64,000 nt of DNA from positions 9,302,001 to 9,366,000 of the forward strand of contig CM059433.1 of NCBI GenBank assembly GCA_030390025.1, in the 5' to 3' direction. The position numbers and the translations under genes were made by a program. Positions 1 to 13,085 of the stretch are shown here, piece after piece. The notes under the pieces are model-generated. The model was given only the letters and a program-made list of their open reading frames with translations. It searched no databases and was not told where the DNA came from. How positions within the stretch are numbered: the first letter of the stretch is position 1; each line of letters begins with the position of its first letter. The DNA is from Squalus acanthias. Taxonomy: Eukaryota.

Positions 1-627
1 GCATGTGCTGAAACCCGCCACTTGCGACCTGTCAAGAATTCTCTTGACAGTTCATCCGCATGCCCAAGTAAAGTGCCTCTGCGGGTGGAGAGTTGCGCTT
101 TTTGCACAACTTCCGCCCGCTGATTGACTGTCAAATTCTTACGCCTGGTAAAAACAGGCGTAAGGCCGGCTTTTACCAGCTTAAGAGTTTAAAAAATAGA
201 AAAATGAAATTTGATAACTCATTTATAAAAGTAAATACTCTTCAAAAGGGGAAGTTTATTTTTAGCCCAGTAAAAACATTTAATTCTTTTCTTCAAAAAA
301 TTAAATTTGTTTAAAATATTTAATTAAATGCCATTTTAATTATGTAATTTAATTTTTTATTTTTTTTAAATGTTTTACTGTGTTTTCAAATCCGTCAAAA
401 GTATGAAGGGGGATTCCCTTCTTTCATTGGTTCACCTGGCCCACGTGATCCCAGGGGCATTTGCGAACCGCATGCGTCCTTGGGATACCTGGGCCTCTAC
501 ACATTTCGAAGAGGCGGCGCCCAGGATCGCAAGCCTCGGGATCTACGGAACCAGCAGGTAAGTTCGTAGATTTTTTTCCGATCGGAGGCATCCGCCCGCA
601 GGAAACCTCGGTCGGAAATTCAGGGCC
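1..627. mobile_element. End of a non-autonomous DNA transposon (probably PIF/Harbinger-type), truncated by window start
   Basis: CpG-rich flanks around an AT-rich core. Ends GGAAATTCAGGGCC, resembling the GGCC..GAATTT termini at 21890, 25374 and 61145. Confidence 0.5.
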
Positions 628-1420
628 AATATGCTTTCTACAAATCTGTGCTCGTCATCCATAACTAACCAAAAAGCACAATACTGCAGATGCTGAAAAT
701 TGAAATAAGTTCACCTCATCTGTGATTGTCAGCTTCAGTGAGGTGGATGGGGAAGAGGAGTCTACAGAATGTCTCGTTCTCCCCTCGAATCACAGAGGGT
801 AATCTGTGTTCTTGTATCAGCAGCAAGATGATGTCTGTGTTTTGAAAAACAGGACCTAGCTAGAGAAGGTGAACCAAGATTGAAAGAATTAATAAGTTGC
901 ATCTTCACGGTTTTCCAAATCGAAGAATATTGGGAAGTTGTACTCACTGAAATCTAGGAAACTGTTCTGACAAAAATGTAATTGTGGGCCGGGGGGGACC
1001 ACAGGGGAGTTGCCAAAGGGGAAATGAAGCAGAGTAGGGGTAGCCCAAGAGGAGGAACTGCACCCTCCCACTTGTTTTTATTATAAAAAGAAAAAGGCTG
1101 AAAAGAAAAAGATAACAAATAACAGGGAGGGGAGGGGGAGGAGATCAGGGAGCAAGAAACAAGCCTCTAGACTTGACTATTCAGACACATTCCTGGCTGG
1201 CCTCGCAGTTTCTATCATTTGTATACTTGAGGTCATCCAAAACTCTGCTGCCCGTGTCCTAACTCGCACCATGTCCTGTTCACCTACCACCACTGTGCTC
1301 GCTGACCTACATTGGCTCCCGGTTAAGCAACGCCTCGATTTCAAAATTCTAATCCTTGTTTTCAAATTCCTCCATGGCCTCTCGCCCCTCCCTATCTCTA
1401 ATCTCCTCCAGCCCTACAAC

Positions 1421-1588
1421 CAATGTCCCTGTAATTTTATTTTTTGGTGCGCGGGCCCTTTAACTAGCTGCACGGCCCATTCAATTTTCCACGCATGCAG
1501 GGTTATTACCATTGTAAAGCCAGTGAGCAGCCTGCGCGGGACCTCCAGACCGCTGCTCATGTGGTCACACAGCTTAATGGGAACATTG
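1421..1588 (+). mobile_element. hAT-type MITE
   Basis: TIRs CAATGTCCC / GGGAACATTG. 8-bp TSD CCTACAAC (1413-1420) / CCTACAAA (1589-1596). Confidence 0.8.
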
Positions 1589-1855
1589 CCTACAAACCTT
1601 AGATCTCTGCACTCCTCCAATTGTGGCCTCGAGCATTCCCTGATTTTATTCACTCCACCATTGGCGGCTGTGCCTTCAGCTGCCAAGGCCCCAAGATCTG
1701 GAATTCCCTCCCTAAACCTCTCCGCCTCTCTCTCTCCTCCTTTAAGATGGTCCTTAACACCTAACTCTGATCAAGCTTCTGGTCATCTGCCCTAATATCT
1801 ATCTCCTTTAGTGGCTCGGTGTCAAATTTTGTTTCAGAATGCTCCTGTGAAGTGA

Positions 1856-2303
1856 AATCCCCAGCATCGAAGCTTTGACCACGCTCGATCAGCTCCAATG
1901 GACGGGTCACATCGTCTGCATGCCCAGTACGAGACTCCCAAAACAAGCGCTCTACTCGGAGCTCCGACACGGCAAGAGAGCCCCAGGTGGGCAGAGGAAA
2001 CGCTTCAAGGACACCCTCAAAGCCTCCTTGAAAAAGTGCAACATCCCCACCGACACCAAGACCGCATAAACTGGAGGAGAAGCATCCGGGAAGGAGCCGA
2101 ACACCTTGAGTCTCTTTGCCAGGAGCAAGCGGAAGCCAAGCACAAGCAGCGCACGTCAACCGAAGCACCCCACCCACCCGCCTCTTCAACCACCGTCTGC
2201 CCCACCTGTGACAGAGACTGTAGGTCCTGCATTGGACTCATCAGTCATCCGAGAACTCATTTCTAGTGTGGAAGCAAGTCATCCTCGGTTCCGCCTAAGA
2301 GAG
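1856..2303 (+). mobile_element. RTE-clade LINE 3' fragment
   Basis: QLQWTGHIVCMPSTRLPKQALYSEL..GKR..GGQRKRFKDTLKASLKKC plus a C-terminal CPTC..C..HxxxH zinc finger. Confidence 0.88.
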
Positions 2304-3939
2304 AAGTACCTTGGGACGTTTGACTATATTAAAAGGCGCTATATAAATACAAGCTGTTGTCTGACCAGCTCGATTTCACATTTCTGCCTACTAAGTTATA
2401 AAATAGCCGTAACGTTTTTGGAAAAAAAAAGTTGAAACCACTCATACTATCCATTTACCTAAATGAAATGAGTTGCTGTTACTTACCGTAACCCTTCTCC
2501 CACATACTAAAGTAACACGCAATGTTTAAAAGAAAGCATGTACCCTTTCCTGGATTAATGCTGGTTTGTGTTCGGACTAGTGAATCCTAATCGATATCCC
2601 TGCAACGCAATTTTTTTTCTCCCACCTCCACTTAATTTTGGTTCACTGCGGGGGGGGGCGGTTGTGATATTCAATGTCAGTATGGTCCGATAGGGTTTGA
2701 ATAAAATTAAAAGGGAAGGTCTCAATACTTTTAGAAAACACACATTTCTTTAACCTTTGGTGTCGGAGCTATAATCCAGTCCAGACTTGATGACATTTTC
2801 CTCTTGCCAATAGCTTTATAGGTTACCATAAATGAATACACTCCAGTTTCGCAGGAAAGCACTAATCCTTGCCCATTGTGCTCTAATCGGTTTTATAAAT
2901 GAATCCAAATTAGATCAGCAAGTTAGGTTTAAATCATATTTTTTTTCAACAGTGTATAGCTGATAGAATTGCGTCCTCTGATTTTAGACAGAATATCAGC
3001 AAGATTTTACTGATTTAATAAAACAGGCTAAGTTCTAAAAGCACTATTCCCTGATGGCCTGGGAGTGTGGGGGGGGGGGGGGGGGAGAGAAAGAGAGAAG
3101 AGAGAGGAAGAGGTGGGGGGGGGTGGGGGTGCGTGGAGGCACCATCCACTGTAGCACGAAACCACAAAGGCCAGCAGGTCCCAGGATTATGTTAGCCGAT
3201 TTACAGAGGCAGCAGATGGGATGCTACAAATAGCCTCAGAGCCCCTAGGTTAGGGAGGAATAAAGAATGAAGCCAAAGTTCCACACCTGATTGTTGTCTA
3301 GTGATTCCTGCTGGAAAGTGCATGCATGCAGATGTCAGTGGTGATTGTGCCTTCACAATCAAATAGCCTGCAGCACTTACTTCAAATGATCAAAAATGAG
3401 GTAACAGAGCTGCTGGAACCAGTGGAACACTGTCCCAGCAGAGAGTTAGGCCTTGCAGAAGGAAAGAAAAATACAAAAACAAATAAGCTACTTCTACATT
3501 CAATTAAATTTGAGTTCGAGCTACACAACAAATATTAACGTACATGGATAAAACTAGAAACACTACTGAAGAAAAAGATCAGCAACAATGTGCACTCATT
3601 CAATATACAACAAAATAACACTAATGGAGACAAGTTACATGAGAGTCCATACGTGCTGCAAGTTCACCCCCCTTCATTCTTGCTGTGGTACACGTCCATG
3701 CCTCAATTGGCCTTATTCTTGTGTGAGCCCAAATAGTGAGCATCGACAAGCTACGTAATCGGGAATGTGGGGAGCATAGAGGGAAGAGGATAGCATTGCA
3801 GCCATGCCCATTTGTGCCTTCCAACATCCACGCTTTCCAGTAACAGTCATTCGATAGCACTCAGAAGCACGAACACTGTTATTTCCACCCTCCCTATTCC
3901 AAGGACAATGAGACTAGTTTGAAATGTCCCTACTACTTC

Positions 3940-4366
3940 TTCTCTTAGGCAGTCCCTCGGAACCGAGGATGACTTGCTTCCATATTAAAAATGAGTTCTC
4001 AGGTGGCTGATGAGTCCAATGCAGGACCTACAGTCTCTGTCACAGGTGGGGCAGACGGCTGACGTGCGCTCCTTCCGCTTGCTCCCGGCAAAGAGACTCA
4101 AGGTGTTCAGCGCCTTCCCGGATGCTTCTCCTCCACTTTGTGCGGTCTTGGGCCAGGGATTCCCAGGTGTCGGTGGGGATGTTGCACTTTTTCCAAGGAG
4201 GCTTTGAGGGTGTCCTTGAAGCGTTTCCTCTGCCCACCTGGGGCTCTCTTGCCGTGTCGGAGCTCCGAGTAAAGCACTTGTTTTTGGGAGTCTCGTATCG
4301 GGCATGCGGACGATGTGACCCGTCCATCGGAGCTGATAGAGCGTGGTCAAAGCTTCAATGCTGGCC
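3940..4366 (-). mobile_element. RTE-clade LINE 3' fragment, inverted relative to 1856-2303
   Basis: QLRWTGHIVRMPDTRLPK... and CPTCDRDCRSCIGLISHLRTH. Same 3' UTR as the 1856 copy. Confidence 0.88.
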
Positions 4367-4600
4367 CGAGCGAGAGCACGGACATTGGTGCCCCAACTGA
4401 GCTCAGCTAATTCATCACTACATTAAAGTACCTCATTAAAGTTTTGCACCTCCCACATACGAGCCAATACAACACTCAAGAGGTAGGCAATACTTGCAAA
4501 TCTCCAGATACAATCTTGTATGTCACCTCCCTCAACCCCCATATACCACTCCCTGATCTGAATCCATACACCAACTGTAGCCAATAGGGAACCCTGTGAC

Positions 4601-4778
4601 GATAGCAAAATACTGCGGATGCTGGAAATCCGAAACAACAACAGAAAACGCTGGAAAAACTCAGCAGGCCAGGCAACATCCGTGGAGAGAGAAACAGAGT
4701 TAACGTTTCAGGTCTCGACCTGAAACGTTAACTCTGTTTCTCTCTCCACGGATGTTGCCTGGCCTGCTGAGTTTTTCC
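4601..4778. mobile_element. Fold-back mini-element from a Penelope-like terminus (family A)
   Basis: Near-perfect palindrome centred ~4714 (GTTAACGTTTCAGGTC-TC-GACCTGAAACGTTAAC). 15-bp TSD AGGGAACCCTGTGAC at 4586-4600 and 4779-4793. Confidence 0.8.
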
Positions 4779-5195
4779 AGGGAACCCTGTGACCTGCTTT
4801 CAGGCCTCTGCCTATAACCACTCAAGCACACTCCTAGGCAGCGAGCAAGAGCAGCCTGGTGAATCTCTTTCTCTGTTCCTTCAAGTGAGCAAATACAAGT
4901 CCACCAGTGTAGAAAAAGGGATCTTTGTTGTAGTTTTAAAGGCATTTATTTATGAAATGAACACATCTCGTCTAAAAGCACTGTATCAATGCTGACCTTT
5001 CCCAGCACATGGAACTGCTGCCCAAAGCAATCTTTGTTACTGGCAGATTTAGACTGTGTCTGGAAGCGGTGGCAGGCACTGCACCACACCAAGAGATGAC
5101 ATTTTTAACAAGTATTTACAGCTCTTCACAAAGAACTTTTGGACAACAATTAAAATGAAAAGCAAAAAAGGATAACATTCACTGAAAATACTTAC

Positions 5196-5273
5196 TTATG
5201 CATGTGCCCCGCCCCAACAATGATCATGATGTAGTAAGAAATTCCACCCTGCACAACAAAATGCAAGGCATAC
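5196..5273 (-). CDS. MBOAT2: MBOAT2 coding exon 3 (YALHFVVQGGISYYIMIIVGAGHMH..)
   Basis: 78 nt, ttttag| acceptor and |gtaagt donor. Phase 2-2 completes the Trp codon from exon 2. Matches MBOAT2 YALHFLVQSGISYCIMIIIGVENMH. Confidence 0.95.
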   Translation of the reverse strand, partial: VCLAFCCAGWNFLLHHDHCWGGAHA

Positions 5274-6959
5274 CTAAAAGAATAAATGAACATTACAGTT
5301 AACGAAGCTCTAGATGAAATGGAGTCAGCTCTAAACTACAAGTTGGCGGTATAATTATAAATGACACCCAGATACATTCGTTTTTTTTTAAATGCATCAT
5401 AAAAATCATGCAAAACCAGGCACTTTAATCGTAAAAATAGAATGCAAGGAAGTGTGTGCGTGTGTCCAATAAGAGACTGCATCAAAACCAGTGTTTTCCA
5501 TACAGACACCACAACTTTTTCCTCAGAAACTTACTGGGTACGATTTGAAACTTATTCAATCTTCACTCGCTTTAAAATACATTTTAAATAAAGAACTGCT
5601 CCAGTAGCCACCATTTTGTTACACACCGGACGGAACCTTTGATTTTTCTATAGAGCCATTATTTTCTTTCCTCCCACCCCCTCCTGGTCTTGTTTGCTGA
5701 CAAGCTCACATCTACCTAGGTTGTTTTATATGGTTAGCACTGAAAGTGACCCACAATAATGCACTGGATATCAGAAGTATATATGGCACTTCAAATCTAC
5801 AGCTGACCATTGGATTTTTCAAACCAACTGGTTAATTTAGCAACTGGTCTAATTAAGTGGCAGATAATTTTTCCTGCCCCATCAGAATATAACGCACCTG
5901 GATTTGGTAGCAATTTTTATGAAAATCACTTCAAGGTTTTATTAAGTAGCTTTTACATGCAACCTGTATGCGGGTTTCAGTGCCCCTTTCCAACATATAA
6001 TGCTGCATGAAGACTAGAGCATTTCAAATGCTCTCAACTATTCAAGTCACTTGCTAATCCTGGCATTGCCTTTAGCTCACTGTCATTACTTTCAAAACAC
6101 ATCAAAGCACTTTAGCAATCTCTTCCAGTTATACTACTCAGTTAGTTGACAGCACTCAAAGGTCATAGTGTTGTCCTTTAGGCGGAGTGGGGGCAGGGAA
6201 ATATTCAAGTACTGCAAACTGTTCTATATATGCCGTTTAATTTCATGTTTGCTCATTAGATCGTGGAAAAAGTACAATGATTCACTTTGTTAACATTAAA
6301 TTCATTTCAGCATAACAGCATTACAAAAATGTAGAACCAATTTTCTCCAAGCACTAGAAAAAAAGGTTTAACAATAAAATGTATTTATTCCATATGTAAA
6401 TATTAATACAATGCACAATTGTTAAAAAACTTTAGAATACATTATAAACTTACATTGCAACTACAACTGAGACACGTGTTTTAAAAAAAAAATCAATTCT
6501 CTTTTCTAAATTTCTTTCCCTCCTCCAAGACACGCCTTCTGCCTGGAGTATGGTTCCCAGTGGTCCTTCACCCTCTTCTGCCAGCCCACACCAACTGACT
6601 CCTTGCTGGAGTATATTTCCATAAGCTCTCTAGTACCTCAATCAGCAACTCGTATTGCTTGAGGAGTCCAGACAGCGAGAGTTAGCAGATCATTCAACTT
6701 CAAGGGTATCAAAGCCAAGCCTGTCCAGCACCTACACACAGACACTGGATAGGTGATCAAGAGTTGCAGGGCAACGAATTTTCTCCACCAATTGTTTGCA
6801 CTTCTGCCCATCACCAAACTATCTGAAATCAGCTAACCAAAGATTGAACTTGAGATCTTGTCTATACAGATCAGCTACTCACGACATAATCTCACTGAAA
6901 ATCAAGTAGCCTTTCTTCACATGAGCCTGGATATTAGTCATCAAGCTATTCTATCAACT

Positions 6960-7460
6960 TGTGTTGGGGCTTCAGTGTAGACCATACAGTCCAACATGGA
7001 GCGAGTGGCACCCACCATTATACAGCCTCTGCTGACCACTCCGACTGTAGTACAAGCTGCCACGGAAGCTCAGACAGCTGCCAACTTAGATCTGGGAGCC
7101 AGTGTTGACTGGGGCTTCCAGAGCACCACATCACTCCTGCACTGTGTTCTCGCGCAGATCCAGAGGGGTGCTGAGGTGCAGTCCTAGGAGAGTGGCCTTG
7201 GCTCCATGGGAAAGGCACTTGCTATCATCTCAGGATGACAACATGCCTGCTCCTCCGCCAGTGCCCTGGTTAGTGCCACATTGCCAGCTGGGCTAGATTG
7301 CCCTGGCCCACACAAGGTCCAGAGCGGCTTGATATCACCCACCAAGACCATCAGAAGTGTCCTCAATAGAAGCTCAGCAGCCTTTCACCTGCCAAGCTGT
7401 AACCACTGGGGAAACACTTTGTAGGAACACTAAGATAGGTAAACAAAAAGGAGATTCTTA
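6960..7460 (+). mobile_element. Decayed Harbinger accessory-ORF remnant
   Basis: MERVA..-type sequence resembling the 3' part of the accessory ORF at 33800-34370. Confidence 0.45.
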
Positions 7461-7489
7461 ATTATTCCTGTTAAATATTATATACAGGT

Positions 7490-10400
7490 GCAATTGTGGG
7501 AGGTCCGGACTACATGTAAAACAATGGGATACCCTAGCGGTGGCAGAGCATTGTGGAATGGACCCAGACCTAATGTAAAACAGCAGGGAACACCAGCAGC
7601 GGCAGAGCTAAACAAACAGAGGGATAAACATTTTTTTAAAAGTGATGTCAATCAACATAGGTGATGGAGTTGGGGAGCCCGAGGAATTTAAGCCAAGTGC
7701 TTAATTTATTATCCACACTAATTTTAATTAAGGGGCTACTTGACTTAATAAAATAGGGTAAAAGGGACAGTCAGCAAGGCAAGGGAACATAGAGGCAGGG
7801 AATGAGGAACCGCTGAATCTGGACCTGTCCAACAGGCATGATGTACTTGCTATTTGTGAGGATAAGGAGAAAGGCTGCAGGAAGGACAGCCAAATAGCTA
7901 ACCAAGGCATAGTGGAGCAGGAGGCAGTTCAAGGTGGCCGGGGCGGGGGGTGGGGGGGGGGGGGATTAGAAAAACGAACAAAATAGTTGTAGTTATAGGG
8001 GATTCGATAATTAGGGAGATAAATGGTATCCTCTGCAGTCACGATCAAGAGTCCAGAAGGGTGTGTTGCCAGCCCAGTGCCAGTGTAAGGGATATCTCGA
8101 AGCAACTTGAAAAGGCAGCGTGCAGAACCAGTTGTCGTGGTCCATGTCGGAACCAATGACCGATGAACAGGAGGAGACCCTGCTACGGGAGTATCAGAAG
8201 CCAAATTTAAAAAAGGAGGAACTCGAAGATGGTAATCTCCAGATTACTACATGAGCCATGTGCTAATTGGCAGAGAGATAAATAGATAAGGAAAGTAAAT
8301 GTGTGACTGAAAGACAGGTGTGGGAAGAAGGGGGTTCCATTTCATGGGACACTGGTACCAGTACTGGGACAGGAAGGAGCAGTACCACTGGGACGATAAG
8401 CACCTGGACAAGCTCCTAGCAGAACAGATAAATAGGTCTGCAGAAAAGGACTTTAAACCAATAAAATGGGGCAGGCTTCAGGTGGAAATAATAGCAAAAA
8501 TGATAACGACCTAAAGATAAGAAAAAGGGAGGAGAGCAAAGGTCAGACTACAAAAAGTGAAAGATAATATTGAGAGGCTGGCTGTGGGTGGGTAGGCCTG
8601 TGGCACTGGCCGCAGAGAGGAGGGAGGGTGGGATCGTGTGGGTGCCGGAGGAGCGGGTTGGGAACGATCAGCAGCCAGAGGAGCACGGGGAGGGGGTTGG
8701 GAACGAGCCGGGGGTGGGGGGGGTTCAAGCAATGATCGGGGGGCGGGTCTCCAATTGCAGGGGATGGTTTAGGCAGGGACACTGGATCCAGGACGCAAGT
8801 GTAAAGGCACTTACCTCCTGGATCCAGCAGTCCTCGCCTTATTTTAGCTGGCGGGTTTCACGAGGCCTGCAAAACCCGACCAGCTGAAGTTAAATTCAAA
8901 ATGGAGGTTAAATCAAAGGCTTCCAGGCCTCAATTATATTTAAATGCACGACCTGCCTCCTGGGAGTGGGTTGGCTGCCCGCCCCCTGTCCCGCCTCCGT
9001 TAAAACCGGAAGTGGGCAGGTTCTGGTCGGGATTCATTGTTTTAACACCAACTTCCCACCCGATCCAAACCAACCCTTTTTTTTTTTTAGGTCAAAATTC
9101 CCCACTTTGGGTAGAATCAAGAAACACCAAAAGATTCAAGACTCTGGTAGCAGTTGCCTACAGACCTCCCTGAAACAGCAAGTCATAAAGGTAGCAAATT
9201 TCCAGAGTGTATCCTAGACAGTTGTCTGAAACAGTAGGTTTTAGAACAGACAAGGGAACAGCCCATACTAGATTTAACAATGAGTAACGACCCAGAATTA
9301 GTCAACAATATGACGAGTGAGAAGGGAGAGTCACAAACCAAGGTTTTAAACTTGAGGCTAACTTTGAAGGGATGAGACATAAACTGACCACAATAAACTG
9401 GGCTGAACGGATATTGGGTAAGCCGACAAACAGCAGCAGGTATTGAAAGTAGTATTTGGCACAATACAAAACCAGTACATACCTTAAAGGCAAACGCTCC
9501 ACTTGTGTAGTTAGGCAACCATGCTCAACAAATGAGGTAATATACAGTATCAAGCTAAAAAGCATGCTTACACAAATGCAAAGAAAAGTTGAAATCCAGA
9601 AGACTGGGAGAACTATAAAAAGCAACAAAGGGATACAAAGAAAGCATTAAGAACTGCAAAAAGGAATGTGGAAAAAAAAACTTGAGATAAAGGCCAACAA
9701 TAAAAGTTTATGTAAATATATTGAGAAACAGAATGGTTAAGGGAAATGTGGGCCCATTAAAGACTGGCAAAGGGGATATTGCAAGTCAACCTTAAGGAAA
9801 TGGCAGACTTGTTATATGGATACTTTGCTCCTTCTTCACAGTAGAGGAAGGACAACAAAATACCAGTAGTACAAGGGAAACTAAAAATAAGTGAAGGAAG
9901 AACTTATTGGATATTATACAAGTTAATAAATGATAATGGAGAAAATAATGGCACTTAGGATAGACAAATCTCCAGGACCTGATGCCTTTCATCCAAAGGT
10001 ATTAAAAGGTAGTGAGGAAATTGCAGATGCTCTAGTCAATCTTCCAAAGCTCTTAGATTTGGCAATTGTGCCATTTGATTGAAAAATTGCAAATATCACT
10101 CCATTAAAGAAGGGAGGGAGAGAGAAACTAGGTAACTACAGACTTGTCAGTCTAACGTCAATTGTGGGGATGTTAGTAGAATCTGTTATTACGGACAGAG
10201 TGACTAAGCACTTGGACAAACTTCAGCTGATCAGAGTCAGCATGAATGTGATGGGCAAGTCATTTCTGACTAATTTAGTTGAATTCTTTTTTAATTTTAT
10301 ATAAAGAGGTCACTAACATGGTGGATAGGGGAGTGTCTACAGGAGTTATTTATATGGACTGCCAGAAGGCATTTGATAAGGTTCAAGAGATTAGCAAAAA

Positions 10401-11445
10401 TGAAGGTGCGCAGAATTGGAAGCAATCTTGCAACATAGGTTGGGAGGGTTGGAGGCAGAGAGTAGAGATAAAGGGAACATTCTCTGGCTGAATGTGAAAA
10501 TTGGTGCTCACCAAGGATTTGTACCAGGGCCTCAGCTTTTACCATATTTATCAAGGACTTGGAGGAAGGAATCTAGAGTTACCTATCCAAGTTTATAGAT
10601 GAAACAGTTGCAAGGCACAGTAAATAGTGCAGATGGGAACAGGGGACTACAAAGGGAGTGGGCAAAACAGTGGCAAAATGGAGTTCAATGTGGGGAAATG
10701 CGAGGTCATCCACTTTGGATCCAAGAAAAAGAAATCCGAGTATTTTCTAAACTGTGGAGGAGCCAAGAGATTTGGGTGACCATGTACACATAGCACTAAG
10801 CACCAGTGGTCACGTACAGCACGCAATCTAAGAGTGTAATGGAATGGTGGCCTTTATCTCAAGGGGTCTGGAATACAAAGGGGAGGAAGTTACGCTTCAG
10901 TTCCAGAGAGCCTTGGTCAGAACCCATCTGGAGCACTGCGGTCAGTTCTGGGCACCGCATCACAAGGAGATATTGGCCTTGGAGGAGGTGCAGTGAAGAT
11001 TCACCAGAATGATACTGGGGCTTAAAGTATGAGGACAGGCTGCATAAACATGGCTTGCAACCCCTTGAGTATAGAAGATTGAGGGGTGATCTAATCAAGG
11101 TGTTTAAAAATGATAAAGGGATTCTATAGGGCAGATAAAGAAACTATTTCCTCTGGTGGGGTGAATCCAGAAAATTAGAGACAGGCCATTCAGGAGTTAA
11201 ATAAGGATGCACTTCACACTAGTAGAAATCTGGAATTCTCTCTCCCCCCCCCCCCCAAAAGTCTGTGGATGATGGGTCAACTGAAACTCAAGAGAGATCA
11301 ATAGATGTGTGTTAGGTAAGAGTATTAAGTGACATGGATAAAAGTCAGGTAAATGGGGTTGAGGTATAGATCAGCCATATTCCAACTGAATGGCAGAACA
11401 GGCCCGAAGGGCTGAATGACTAATACTCATTCCCAAGTTCCTAAT
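7490..11445 (+). mobile_element. Near full-length decayed CR1 LINE (ORF1 SGNH esterase + ORF2 remnants)
   Basis: ORF1 motifs VVVIGDSII and VVVHVGTND at ~7990-8160. ORF2 remnants include YMDCQKAFDKV and LRGDLI. CR1-type 3' UTR at ~11340-11440. Many stops and deletions. Confidence 0.8.
8575..9105. mobile_element. GC-rich MITE-like insertion inside the CR1
   Basis: Abrupt CpG-rich segment ending GTCAAAATTCCCC, a Harbinger-like terminus. Left end unclear. Confidence 0.45.
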
Positions 11446-11639
11446 TGAGTTGTGGGGTTCATTTTTTCTTCTGGATTTTGTGTTGGTGTTAATATTTGTA
11501 GTGAAGCGAGGGCATGACCCATAAGGCTGAACTAAAGAAAGGCAATCAGGATGATGGTAGTATGGACGGTAGTGATAAGGACTGTGTGACTGTTACTGTA
11601 TCGGGAATGGAGAGATGGTTCACATGAAGCACCCTTGGA

Positions 11640-12290
11640 CAAGTTGCTCTTCAAGAGCCGATAGCTAGGGGCACTGGTGGTAAATGCTGCTCATGCTCCT
11701 CCTCCTGCACTTCTTGCTGCCCAGGTGGTGGCAAGGGCTGGTCCCCAGGTGGTGGCAAGGGTTGGTCTCTCATTACCGCAAAGTTATTCAGCATGAAGCA
11801 CATAACCAGATATCTGGATACACAATCAGGGCTGTACAGCAAAGCACTTCCCCAAAAAGGTCCAGGTAGTGGAATAGTTGCTTGATCACACCTATGGTAT
11901 GCTCGAAGATATTTCAGGAGGCACGATGGCCTATTTTTTGTAAGCCATCTCTGCAGCGGTGTCTGGGTTCCTGACAGGAGTCATTAGACATGTCTGAAGA
12001 GGATACTCCTTGTCTCCCAATAGCCACCTGTGACCCAACAGCCTAGTTGGAATAAAACAGCAGAGATAACTGGCGCACGATGAAAGCACCAGGAAACCAG
12101 GCACAGACTTGCATTACGTGCTGCGTGGGGTTGTAAACAAGCTGGACATTGAGAGAACAAAATCCTTTTCTATTCAGCCTAGTGCTCTTTTATCCAGCTA
12201 CGCTGTCCATTGGGAAAGTGATGTAGGTGTTCCTCCTAGTGTAGAAGCCTTGGTGACCTCTCAGATATAGCAGTGCACAGCAAACTGGGA
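11640..12290 (-). pseudogene. Decayed Harbinger (HARBI1-like) DDE transposase
   Basis: Minus strand shows GF.SLNVQLV (~12140-12170), a GD.xYP-like remnant, CFMLNNFA and an acidic tail, colinear with the 62.9-63.9 kb transposase. Confidence 0.65.
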
Positions 12291-12294
12291 GATC

Positions 12295-13085
12295 AATGGG
12301 CAAGAACATGGCAAATTGAATATGTGGGGAAATGTGAAGTTATCCACTTTGGTAGGAAAAAATAGAAAAGCAGAGTATTTTTAAAAATGGTGAGAGATTG
12401 GGAAATGTTGGTGTTCAGAGGGACCTGGGTGTCCTTGTACACGAATCACTAAAAGTTAACATGCAGGTACAGCAAGCAATCAGGAAAGCAAATGGTATGT
12501 TGGCCTTTATTACAAGAGGATTTGAGTATAAGAGTAAAGATGTCTTACTGCAATTATATAGGGCCCTGGTGAGACCACATCTGGAGTATTGTGCACAGCT
12601 TTGTTCTCCTTACCTAAGGAAGGATATACTTGCCATAGAGGGAGTGCAACAAAGGTTCACCAGACTGATTCCTGGGATTGGGGGGGAGGTGGGGGCAGAG
12701 ATGGGGATTGTCCTGAGAGAGCAAGTAGACTAGGCCTATATTCTCTGGAGTTTAGAAGAATGAGAGGTGATCTCATTGAAACATACAAAATTCTTACAGG
12801 GCTCGACAGGGTAGATGCAGGGAGGATGTTTCCCCTGGCTGGGGAGTCTAGAACCAGGGGTCACAGTCTCAGAATAAGGGGTCGGCCATTTAGAACTAAG
12901 ATGAGGAGAAATTTCTTCACTCAGAGGGTGGTGAATCTTTGGAATTCTCTACCCCAGAGGGCTGTGGAGGCTCAGTCGTTGAGTATATTCAAAGCAGAAA
13001 TCGATAGGTTTTTGGATATTAAAGGGAATCAAGGGATATGCTGAATGGCCTACTCCTGCTTCTATTTCTTATGCCCTTATGTTCT
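12295..13085 (+). mobile_element. CR1 LINE 3' fragment
   Basis: QRDLGVLVHESLKV..LLQLYRALVRPHLEYCAQ..RRMRGDLIETYKIL..NFFTQRVVNLWNSLP. Confidence 0.92.

Larger units (their letters stand above)
1165..2360 (+). mobile_element. L2-clade LINE 3' end, interrupted by a hAT MITE and an RTE fragment
   Basis: LADLHWLPVKQRLDFKILIL...FKFLHGL C-terminal motif. 3' UTR resumes after 2304 and ends ...GGCGCTATATAAATACAAG. Confidence 0.85.

Noticed and set aside
1..5195. MBOAT2 exon 4 (YCFVFALGYL..DFSG-like)
   Set aside because: No matching minus-strand sequence found by eye; donor-like sites such as ~2481 have no MBOAT2 coding match. Probably outside the window.
11720..11768. Short tandem duplication (24 bp x2)
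   Set aside because: Local slippage within a decayed transposase tail.
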